DNA of 64,000 bases from assembly GCA_963819375.1 (NCBI GenBank), contig CAWFVU010000007.1, forward strand, positions 706,768 through 770,767, read 5' to 3'. The DNA comes from an uncultured Pseudomonadota bacterium (GTDB lineage: Bacteria; Myxococcota_A; Polyangia; Fen-1088). A program made the translations under genes and the position numbers. Positions 10,838-18,682 of the stretch are shown here, piece by piece. Under the pieces are notes generated by a model that did no database searches, had not been told where the DNA came from, and saw nothing but the letters and a program-made list of their open reading frames with translations. Position 1 is the stretch's first letter, and each line of letters begins with the position of its first letter.

Positions 10838-11050
10838 GACAAAGGAGCCTGGATGTGGTCGACGTCACGGCCGGACAGTAGCACGCTCACCGACGGCGCC
10901 CAGCATTCGGAAACAGGGCTCGCTGTGCGCGCCGAGAGCGTACCGCGGTCGTCGAGATTGTCGGTCAGACGTGCTCCAGCGCACACAATCGGGAGCGATC
11001 GTCGTCTGGCTGCTTCACGCTGCGGCGACGCCAGGCCGCGTAGGTCGGAG

Positions 11051-11473
11051 CTACTTCGTGACGGCGGCGCGCATCCGATTGTTCTTGGGATTGTGCTCGA
11101 CCTCGGCGAGGCCGAGCGCCTCCAGCACGGGCGGGACGTACATCCCGAACCGGCCGCGCAGCCCTTTCTTGAGGCCGTACCACCCCTTGACCGGATTGCT
11201 GCCGGCGCGTCCCCAGGCCTCGACGGTGTCCGGCGCGGCGGGCTTCTGCTCGTCGGCGCTCCCCAGCAGCACCCAGTCGCCGCTCTTCTTCAACATGGCG
11301 TGGAGATCGTCGAGGCAGCGCAGGTGATAGCGCAGCTGCGTCTTGCCGACCTGCACGACCAGCGCCGGCGGGTCGGCCGCTTCGTCGCGGTACGCCAGGT
11401 AGTCGGAGGTCCCCGGCGGCGTCTTCAGCTCCCACGGTTTGTCGGCGGTCCCGGTGCCTTTGACCTTGCTCAT
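11051..11473 (-). CDS. conserved hypothetical protein co-transcribed with the ECF sigma factor
   Basis: ORF 11051..11473. Its ATG overlaps the sigma factor stop (ATGA at 11470-11473). The C-terminal segment GWYGLKKGLRGRFGMYVPPVLEALGLAEVEH looks conserved, but I cannot name the family. Confidence 0.65.
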   Translation of the reverse strand: MSKVKGTGTADKPWELKTPPGTSDYLAYRDEAADPPALVVQVGKTQLRYHLRCLDDLHAMLKKSGDWVLLGSADEQKPAAPDTVEAWGRAGSNPVKGWYGLKKGLRGRFGMYVPPVLEALGLAEVEHNPKNNRMRAAVTK

Positions 11474-12432
11474 GCGCTCTCCTCTTCGTTCGCGTCGGCT
11501 CGAAACGCCGCGCGGCCGTGCAGCACCTCGTCGGCGATGTACGACACGTAGCGAAAGTCGCGAATGAGCGCGACGCGCCCGCCGCGCCAGTCGAGGAGCA
11601 CGAAGGTGCTGGGGTGCTCGCTGGCGCGCGGCGAGAAGATGGCCAGCGCCGGACGTCCACCCGCTGCGCCGTCGAGGACGCCGGGGACCACGCGAAAGTC
11701 GCGCAGCTCCGCGTAGCGCGTGAAGTACTCGCCCACCGCCGGGCCGCGGCGCTCGGTGCGCGACACCAGATCGAGCCGGCAGTCCTCGGCGATGAACCGG
11801 CGGAGCGCCTCCCAGTCGCGCGCGTTGAAGAGCGTCGCGTAGCGGTGGAGGAGCGCGCGCTCCTCAGCCAGCGCCGCAGGATCCTTGCGAGGCGCCTCGG
11901 GGCTTGGCGACGCCACCAGCTCGGCCCGCGCGCGCAGCGCCGCCCGGCCGCGGTGGAGCGCCGCCTTGACCGCCGGCAGGCTGGCCCCGGTGCTCTCGAC
12001 GATCTCCTCCAGCGTGCAGCCGAGCACGTCCTTGAGGATCACCGCGCTCCGCTGAGCGATCGGCAGAGCGAGAAACGTCGCCAGCGCCGCCCGCATCACC
12101 TCGGGCTCCGGCCGCTCGTCGACCGTGACGTCGTCGGGGATCTCCGCCACCAGCTCGACGTGCTTGCGCTCGTAGCGGCGCAGGAAATCCATCGCCGTGT
12201 TGTGCGCGATGCGGAAGAGAAAAGGACGCAGCGGCGGCATCTCGGCCGCCATGCTGATCGCGTAGTACGCCTTGGCCAGCGTGTCCTGCACGACGTCTTC
12301 CCCTTCGATGACCGAGCCGGTGAGCCGGGCGCAATAGCGGTGGAGCTCGGGCCGGATCTCCCCGACCAGGTCCAGGAACCGCGCGCGCGCCTGCCCCAGC
12401 TCCGGTGGCGGGCTCTGGCCGTCGGCGCTCAC
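11470..12432 (-). CDS. ECF-type RNA polymerase sigma-70 factor with NTF2/SnoaL-like C-terminal extension (ECF41/SigJ-like architecture)
   Basis: ORF 11470..12432. Sigma-2 region (EGEDVVQDTLAKAY...RPFLFRIAHNTAMDFLR) and sigma-4 HTH (RSAVILKDVLGCTLEEIVESTGASLPAVKAALHRGR). About 130 further residues (FNARDWEALRRFIAEDCRLD) are typical of SnoaL-like extensions. Confidence 0.85.
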   Translation of the reverse strand: MSADGQSPPPELGQARARFLDLVGEIRPELHRYCARLTGSVIEGEDVVQDTLAKAYYAISMAAEMPPLRPFLFRIAHNTAMDFLRRYERKHVELVAEIPDDVTVDERPEPEVMRAALATFLALPIAQRSAVILKDVLGCTLEEIVESTGASLPAVKAALHRGRAALRARAELVASPSPEAPRKDPAALAEERALLHRYATLFNARDWEALRRFIAEDCRLDLVSRTERRGPAVGEYFTRYAELRDFRVVPGVLDGAAGGRPALAIFSPRASEHPSTFVLLDWRGGRVALIRDFRYVSYIADEVLHGRAAFRADANEEESA

Positions 12433-13181
12433 AGAGGCTCGATCCCCTTGCCGCTCACGCCGACGATGTTCCCCTCGCGCGCGAGCTCGCCGCGCGCCAC
12501 GTCGACAATGGTCCGCGCGAGATCGTTCGCCGTCAGCGGTTTGTCGAACCTCTCCATGAACTTCTGCGGGGTGATCCCTCCCAGCGCTCCATAGGCGTCC
12601 GCCACGATGGCACCCAGCTCCGTCTCGGCGACGACCTGCTTCGGGACCAGCGCCAGGAATCTGATCCCCAGCTTGGCCAGATCGGCCGAGCGCTGCAGGT
12701 AGCCGGCCAGAAACATCTGCATCCGCTTGGCCCCAGCGTAGCCGCCCGAGAGAGGCGAGCCCATCAGCCCGGCGCCGCTCGACACGATGATCACCAGGCT
12801 GCCGGGCCGCAGCGGCCGGCGGAGCGCGGTCTGTCCGACCTGGAACGCGATCTTGAGGTCGGTGTTCCAGGGGGCCGAGAAGCTCTCCCAGGTCTGCTCG
12901 TGGATGAGGGCGAGGCGCGCCCGCGCGCCCGCGCTCAGCACCAGCAGATCGGGGTCGGCCTCCTCGATGAGCCGGTCCATCGCCGCTGCATCGGTCGCAT
13001 CAAAAGCGCGCACGGTCACCTCGCCGAGGCCCGCCGCTTCGTTGCGCACCTGGTCGAGCCGCGCGCGGTCGCGCCCGACCGCCCAGACGCGCGTCCCGGC
13101 CGCCGCCAGCGCGAGCACGGTCGCCCGACCAATCCCCAATCCACCGCCGACGACAATCGCTGAGCCTGGTTGCTTGGTCAT
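12429..13181 (-). CDS. short-chain dehydrogenase/reductase (SDR)
   Basis: ORF 12429..13181. Nucleotide-binding VVGGGLGIGRA and catalytic YAGAK (YxxxK). Its stop overlaps the sigma factor start (12429-12432). Confidence 0.85.
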   Translation of the reverse strand: MTKQPGSAIVVGGGLGIGRATVLALAAAGTRVWAVGRDRARLDQVRNEAAGLGEVTVRAFDATDAAAMDRLIEEADPDLLVLSAGARARLALIHEQTWESFSAPWNTDLKIAFQVGQTALRRPLRPGSLVIIVSSGAGLMGSPLSGGYAGAKRMQMFLAGYLQRSADLAKLGIRFLALVPKQVVAETELGAIVADAYGALGGITPQKFMERFDKPLTANDLARTIVDVARGELAREGNIVGVSGKGIEPL

Positions 13182-13306
13182 GCTTCGTTCCCTCCATGCA
13201 GACGACGTGCGAGGCGGGCAGAAGGATGCGCGCGCTCGGGTGAAAATGATGCGCTACCTGGGGGTTGGGCGGCTCGCGAAATCGCGCGATACTGGGCCCC
13301 GACGAA

Positions 13307-13888
13307 ATGACGGCCTGGGTGGCAATCCGGATGGCCGGGGTGGGCGATGCGCCCGCGGTCGCGGACATCTACCGCCCGTACGTCACCGACGCGGTGACCT
13401 CGTTCGAAGTCACGCCGCCAAGCGCCGCCGAGATGGCGAGACGCATCGAGGCCGTGCTCGCGCTGGCACCCTGGCTGGTCGCGGTCGACGGCGCGGGCGA
13501 CCCCATCGGGTACGCCTATGCCTCGGGACACGCCGAGCGCGCGGCGTACCAGTGGTCCGTCGACACGACGGTCTACGTGCGCGACGGACACCACCGACGC
13601 GGGGTCGGCCGCGCGCTTTACGCGGCGCTCTTCCCGCTGCTCTGCCTGCAGGGGTTCTACGTCGCGCACGCTGGAATCACGTTGCCCAACGCCGGGAGCG
13701 TCGGACTCCACGAGTCCTTCGGCTTTCGCCCGGTCGGCGTCTACCCGGCCGTCGGCTGGAAGTTCGGCGCCTGGCGCGACGTCGGCTGGTGGCACCTCCC
13801 ACTGCAGGAGAGACCCGCGACGCCGGCACCGCCGCTGTCGCTCGCGGAAGCCCAGCAACTGCCGGCGTGGCCGGCGACGCTCCTCTGA
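13307..13888 (+). CDS. GNAT N-acetyltransferase (phosphinothricin acetyltransferase-like)
   Basis: Within ORF 13265..13888, with ATG at 13307 (MTAWVAIRMAG...). VTSFEVTPPS, HRRGVGRALYAALF and GFRPVGVYPAVGWKFGAWRDVGWW are typical of the PAT/MddA-like GNAT subgroup. Confidence 0.8.
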   Translation: MTAWVAIRMAGVGDAPAVADIYRPYVTDAVTSFEVTPPSAAEMARRIEAVLALAPWLVAVDGAGDPIGYAYASGHAERAAYQWSVDTTVYVRDGHHRRGVGRALYAALFPLLCLQGFYVAHAGITLPNAGSVGLHESFGFRPVGVYPAVGWKFGAWRDVGWWHLPLQERPATPAPPLSLAEAQQLPAWPATLL

Positions 13889-13898
13889 AGCCGCTTCG

Positions 13899-14351
13899 CT
13901 AGGGCGTGAAGGCGCAGGCCTGGACGACGCCCGGGCAGCCGACGTCGAGCAGCGTGCAGGGATCGCCGAGGTTGCAGGAGAACCCGTTGTCTCCACACAG
14001 CGTCTGGGGCGAGGCCGTTCCGCAGGTCCAGGCGCCGAAGCCCGCGCCTCCATCGCCGCTCAAGCAGGGCTCGACCACGCCGAGCGTGTGGCGCGCCAGG
14101 ACCGAGCAGTTGTCGGTCGGCTCCGAGATCGCCGCGTCCCCCGCATCGCCCCCGCCCGGGGTCGCGACCGCCAGGGCGCAACAGCGCGCCATGTCGTTGG
14201 GGGGACTCGCACCGTCCGAGGCATCGGAGGCGTCGACCCCTGCCCCGGCCTCGGTCTCGATCAACGTCACGGAGACCTTGGCGGACGAGCCTTGGCCGCA
14301 CCCGCTGGCGAGCGCCAGCGCCCCAACGAGCGCCAGGATCGTCCTCCGCAT
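13899..14351 (-). CDS. cysteine-rich lipoprotein, hypothetical
   Basis: Lower part of track ORF 13899..15452. ATG at 14351 gives MRRTILALVGALALASGCGQ (lipobox ASGC). 150 aa with 12 further Cys. Lies 50 bp downstream of the MBL-rhodanese gene on the same strand. Confidence 0.65.
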   Translation of the reverse strand: MRRTILALVGALALASGCGQGSSAKVSVTLIETEAGAGVDASDASDGASPPNDMARCCALAVATPGGGDAGDAAISEPTDNCSVLARHTLGVVEPCLSGDGGAGFGAWTCGTASPQTLCGDNGFSCNLGDPCTLLDVGCPGVVQACAFTP

Positions 14352-14401
14352 GCGCGGGAGTCTCCGTTGATCCACGGGTCGTTCATGTGTCGATTGTGCA
14401 A

Positions 14402-15439
14402 CTAGTGCTCGACCGGCAGGCGGCGGGCGTTCCACTCCAGCATGCCGCCGGCCAGGTTGCGGACGTGACCGAAGCCGGCCTGGCGCAGGATCGCCGCCGC
14501 CGTCGCCGAGCGCGCGCCCGCGCGGCAGATGACGACCACCTCGCGTCCGACATAGCCGGCCAGCTTGGGGAGGCGCCTCTGCAAAACGTCCAGCGGGACA
14601 TGCAGCGCGCCCTTGACGTGGCCGAGCTCGCCGACGAACTCCTCCGGCTCGCGGACGTCGAGCAGCAGCGGTGGGAGCGCCCCCTGCTGCTCCGCCGCGA
14701 CCTCCTCCGGCGAGACGACCGGCATCGCGGCGATGTCGGCGACCATCGGGAAGTGAACCTCCTCGGCCTCGAAGCCCGACTGATTCACCTGCAGCGACTG
14801 CTGAATCTTTTCGGGAAAGGGGAGCCCGAGGCTCCCCATCAGCGCCACGTACTCGGCGCGGCTGCGCCCCGCGTAGCGCGGGTTGGTCCGCTTCTCCTCG
14901 CCGATCGTGGTCGACCTCTTGCCGTGGTAGTCGTGCCCCGGCCAGACGACCGTTTCGTCGGGGAGCGTGAACAGGCGGCCGTGCACGGCGTCGTACTGCT
15001 GCCCGGCATCCGCGCCCGGGAAGTCGGTGCGCCCCGAGCCGCCGACCATCAGCGTGTCCCCGGTCAGCACCGCCCCCGCCACCCGGTAACAGACCGAGTC
15101 GGGCGTGTGCCCGGGCGTGTGCAGCACCTCGATCCGCTCGCCCCCCAGCGTCAGCACGTCGCCGTCGTCGACGTGCCGATCGACGAGCGGGCTCGGGCTC
15201 TCGCGGTGCATGACGATCGCCGCGCCGAGGAGCTCCTTGGCCGCGCGATTGAACATGAGGTGATCGGCGTGCATGTGCGTCTCCAGCACCATCCGCAGCT
15301 TGAGCCCGCGCCGCCCGAGCAGCGACCGATAGGTGTCGAGCCGCTCGCGCACCGGATCGACCAGCGCCGCCTCGTCGCCCACGGTCAACAAGTAGGTCTT
15401 GCAGTTGGTGTCGTTCAGCTCCTCGATCCGCGGCGCCAT
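14402..15439 (-). CDS. MBL-fold metallo-hydrolase fused to a rhodanese domain (persulfide-dioxygenase-like architecture)
   Basis: Within ORF 14402..15553, with ATG at 15439 (MAPRIEELND). HxHxDH motif ETHMHADH, later HTPGHTPDS. C-terminal rhodanese with active-site loop VVICRAGARS. Confidence 0.85.
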   Translation of the reverse strand: MAPRIEELNDTNCKTYLLTVGDEAALVDPVRERLDTYRSLLGRRGLKLRMVLETHMHADHLMFNRAAKELLGAAIVMHRESPSPLVDRHVDDGDVLTLGGERIEVLHTPGHTPDSVCYRVAGAVLTGDTLMVGGSGRTDFPGADAGQQYDAVHGRLFTLPDETVVWPGHDYHGKRSTTIGEEKRTNPRYAGRSRAEYVALMGSLGLPFPEKIQQSLQVNQSGFEAEEVHFPMVADIAAMPVVSPEEVAAEQQGALPPLLLDVREPEEFVGELGHVKGALHVPLDVLQRRLPKLAGYVGREVVVICRAGARSATAAAILRQAGFGHVRNLAGGMLEWNARRLPVEH

Positions 15440-15603
15440 GGCTGTCGAACATAAGACGGAATCAGCCGCCCGACGATTGCCGGCGACCGCCCGCCTCCAC
15501 AAGTTGGCGACGATGACAAAACGCCCCGCGCCACCTCTGTGACACGGCGCCACAACAGGAATTGACCGCGACCGCCGACGTTATAGTGAGCTGAGGAGAT
15601 CAG

Positions 15604-16049
15604 ATGCCCGACATTTTGCACAGGGTGGGGATGCAAGGCTCGCCCGCCAAGGTCTACGACGCCATCGCGACGACCAAGGGGTTGTCGCACTGGTGGATCA
15701 CGGGGACCACCGGCGAGACGAGCGTGGGGGGGTGGTGAAGGTGCGGCCCGAGAAGGGGGACAGCGGCTTCGACATGAGGGTCATCGAATCGAAGCCAGGC
15801 GAGGTCGTGCGCTGGCAGTGCGAGGGGGGCCCGCCCGAGTGGATCGGAACGCAGCTGACGTTCCGCCTCCTGGAAAAAGGACCCGAGACCTACGTGCTCT
15901 TCACGCACGCCGGATGGAAGGACCCGGTCGAGTTCATGCACCACTGCAGCACCAAGTGGGCGGTCTTCCTGATGAGCCTCAAGAACTGGATCGAGCGCGA
16001 AGAGGGGCGCCCGCACCCCTACGACGTCAAGATCCACCCGCGCGACTGA
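15604..16049 (+). pseudogene. SRPBCC family protein, one frame break in a G7 run as sequenced
   Basis: ATG at 15604 with GAGGAG upstream gives MPDILHRVGMQGSPAKVYDAIATTKGLSHWWITGTTGETSVGG, then TGA at 15736. The protein continues in ORF 15693..16049 (VVKVRPEKGDSGFDMRVIESKPGEVVRWQC...). The switch falls in the G run 15726-15732. Confidence 0.75.
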
Positions 16050-16067
16050 AGCCGACGCGGCGCGCGC

Positions 16068-18665
16068 TCACTGCGCGGCGTGCCTCACGCCCCAGTAGAT
16101 GAGGCCGTTGATGTCGGCGATGCCGACCTGCGCGATCCAGCTGTCGAGCTGGCCGGCGCCCGCGAACCGGTCGACCCCGGCGCCGAGGCGGAGCTTCCCC
16201 GCCAGGAAGTAAGCGCCGACCTCACCGCCAACGGTGCAGCTCTGGGCGAACCAGAGGCACTGCACCTTGGGAAAGGCCTCGACGCCCGTCAGCAGGAAGC
16301 TGTCGATCGCATAGAAAAGACCGACGCCGATCGATTGAAACGTCTGGTGCGTGCTGCGCTGCCAGATCCAGGGGGAAAATGGGGTGATGAGCGCGAGCTG
16401 TCCGCTCTCCGGGCCGAAGGTTGGCCGATAGGAGACCCGCCAGCCGGAGTGCACGAAGTCGCCCGAGACCTCGTAGGGCAGCAGGTGAAACAGCAGGCGG
16501 ACCGGCGTGAGGCGGCGATCGGGGATGCTGGAGGGATCGAGATCGAGCGGCGTCAGCGGCCGCAGCGGCTCCGTCTCGAGCACCATCTGCGCCCCGGCCG
16601 TGAGGTGCTCGCCGAGCGGATAGCCGTCGATGTGCTCGATCTGATCGAGCCGCTCCGCCGCGTCGATCTCGGCGTTCTGCAGCCACTTGTCCGGCCGCCG
16701 CAGGAAGCCGCGCTCGTCGGCGTCGGTGAAGTAGAGATCGGACTTCACCTTGTCGGCGGCGAGCGTCTCGCGCAGATGATCGACGACGTCGGTCAGGCTC
16801 TGATCGTCGACCGGCTTGTCGTGCGGGCCGCAGCCGGGCGGCTTGGTCCCCGCCTGGCTCTCGCAGGAGAGGACGTCGACCAGCACGCGCAGGAACGGAA
16901 TGCGCGGCGGTGAATCCTCTTCGGGCATTTGATCGCGCGCCTTCAGCCAGGCGTCGAGCGTGACGCCCCCGGCGTCGGTCTGTTGCCGTAGGCGCGCGCC
17001 CACGTCGGGCGAGACGGCCTGCGCGAGCTCGGCGTCGAACAGGCGGCGAACCATGTACGACGCGGCGGCGGAGCGCGGCGCCGACAGCCCCAGCCGGTCG
17101 TGAAAGGCGCGGACGCTGCCGACCAGGTGGCTCGCCTCGTCCTCGGTCAGCTGGCGATCGGCGGCGTTGATCTTCCACTCTTCGCGCGCGGCGTTGACGA
17201 GGCCGTCGTAGACGCCGACGTAGAAGTCGTGCTCGCGGAACGGCTCGGCGAAGAACGCGCCGAAGTGGGCCAGGTACGAGCCCATCAGCGGATGAAACCG
17301 CGAGCTCAGCCGGGGGAGCGGCGTCGCGGGCGGCAGCTTCTCGCCGTTCGGCAGCCGCCCGTCGGTCGGTTTGTAGAGGTAGCGCGCGACCGTCTGCAGC
17401 TCGTACTGCTCCGAGACGGCGACGAAGGTGGAGATGAAGTCGAAGGTGGTCGACAGGCCCACGCGCTTGGTCTCCGGGCGCTCGGGCGGCGGCGGCGGCG
17501 CCTTGCTGTACGACCGCGCGTGGTCGGGATCGACGTAGACGTAGTGCACCTGCTCGGCGTCGTCGGGCGGCAGGAGCTGTCCCGTCAGGCTGACCGCCAG
17601 TCCGAGCGGAACGTTGTCGAACACGCCGCCGTCGATGAACTGGTCGGCCACCGCGGCGCAGCCGGCGCGCCCACGGCCGTGACCGTCACTGTGGCCATCT
17701 TCGGGGCAGTGGCGGATCACCTGGGGCCCGAAGGCGACCGGGAAGGCGCTGGAGGCACGGATGATGTCGAGAACCTGATCGTCGGTCACGAGGCCGGCGC
17801 CATCCTGCGTGTCACCCTTCGTTTCACCCTTCGTGTCACCCTTCGTGTCACCCTTCGTGGGCAGCGTCAGGTATTCGCCGATCTCGTGGTCGTGCTCGGC
17901 GAGCTGGCGGAATCGGAGGCCGCCAGGCCCCGTCTGGAGTCCGAACGTCGAGACGAACCGCTGCGTCGGGATATGAATCCCATCGCTGCCCGACTGCGCG
18001 TCGGCTGACTTGATGACGATGTCCGCGGGACGAATGCGCGTCACGGTCACCCCCACCGTGAGCGGACAGCCGGCCGGAAACCGCGTCCCGTCGTCGAGCG
18101 CCTGCCGGAGCGTCGCCTCGGCCGGGGCGAAGGCCCCGCGCGCGAACAGCCCGTCGCCGGGCGCGTACCCCTTGGGCTGACCCCGGGGAAAGAGGCCATG
18201 GATCCCCACCGGGATCCACGCCTTCCAGAACAGGTTGTCGCGCGGCGACTCCGCGGCCGACCGCGCCGGGTTCTGGCACCACTCGACGGCGCTCAGGAAG
18301 GCGTTGATGTTGCCGGCCGAGGCGCCGGTGACGGTGGTCAGCGACGCGCTCGGGTCGCCCTCGAGCACGCGCAGCAACGCCCAGTTGATGCCGCCCTCGT
18401 AGGCACCCAGACTGACGCCGCCGCGCACGGTGAGGCTGTAACGTTGCAACGCCTTCGCGGTGGCGGAACCCGGTGCCGCCGTCGCGGCCGCGCCCACCGT
18501 TGCCGGCGCATTCGCCGTCGCGGGCGCCGCCGGCGGCTTGGGCGCCGGCAAGTCAGCGGCTCGAACACCCCCCGCGGCGCCGCAAAGAGCGGCCGCGCAG
18601 CAAACAGTCGCAACAATGAGATGAGCCGGCCGACACCGAACGAGCGGGGGACGCGCCTCGCGCAT
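16068..18665 (-). CDS. patatin-like phospholipase family protein, large, secreted
   Basis: ORF 16068..18665. Signal peptide, glycine-rich oxyanion region GGVSLGAYEGG, nucleophile elbow GASAGNI (GxSxG), catalytic Asp motif FIDGGVFDN. Long C-terminal region of unknown function. Confidence 0.85.
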   Translation of the reverse strand: MREARPPLVRCRPAHLIVATVCCAAALCGAAGGVRAADLPAPKPPAAPATANAPATVGAAATAAPGSATAKALQRYSLTVRGGVSLGAYEGGINWALLRVLEGDPSASLTTVTGASAGNINAFLSAVEWCQNPARSAAESPRDNLFWKAWIPVGIHGLFPRGQPKGYAPGDGLFARGAFAPAEATLRQALDDGTRFPAGCPLTVGVTVTRIRPADIVIKSADAQSGSDGIHIPTQRFVSTFGLQTGPGGLRFRQLAEHDHEIGEYLTLPTKGDTKGDTKGETKGDTQDGAGLVTDDQVLDIIRASSAFPVAFGPQVIRHCPEDGHSDGHGRGRAGCAAVADQFIDGGVFDNVPLGLAVSLTGQLLPPDDAEQVHYVYVDPDHARSYSKAPPPPPERPETKRVGLSTTFDFISTFVAVSEQYELQTVARYLYKPTDGRLPNGEKLPPATPLPRLSSRFHPLMGSYLAHFGAFFAEPFREHDFYVGVYDGLVNAAREEWKINAADRQLTEDEASHLVGSVRAFHDRLGLSAPRSAAASYMVRRLFDAELAQAVSPDVGARLRQQTDAGGVTLDAWLKARDQMPEEDSPPRIPFLRVLVDVLSCESQAGTKPPGCGPHDKPVDDQSLTDVVDHLRETLAADKVKSDLYFTDADERGFLRRPDKWLQNAEIDAAERLDQIEHIDGYPLGEHLTAGAQMVLETEPLRPLTPLDLDPSSIPDRRLTPVRLLFHLLPYEVSGDFVHSGWRVSYRPTFGPESGQLALITPFSPWIWQRSTHQTFQSIGVGLFYAIDSFLLTGVEAFPKVQCLWFAQSCTVGGEVGAYFLAGKLRLGAGVDRFAGAGQLDSWIAQVGIADINGLIYWGVRHAAQ
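17811..17858 (-). repeat. in-frame 12-bp tandem repeat x4 inside the patatin gene, encoding (T-K-G-D/E)n
   Basis: gtcacccttcgt / ttcacccttcgt / gtcacccttcgt / gtcacccttcgt read directly on the plus strand. Translates on the minus strand as TKGDTKGDTKGETKGDT. Confidence 0.9.
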
Positions 18666-18682
18666 GCCCCCCTATAACATCA

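Noticed and set aside
8456-11551. 1031-aa plus-strand ORF, the longest in the track
   Set aside because: It runs antisense to the well-supported hybrid histidine kinase and the ECF-linked genes. Its peptide is Arg/Ala/Gly/Pro-dominated with no recognisable motif, which is typical of a high-GC antisense artefact.
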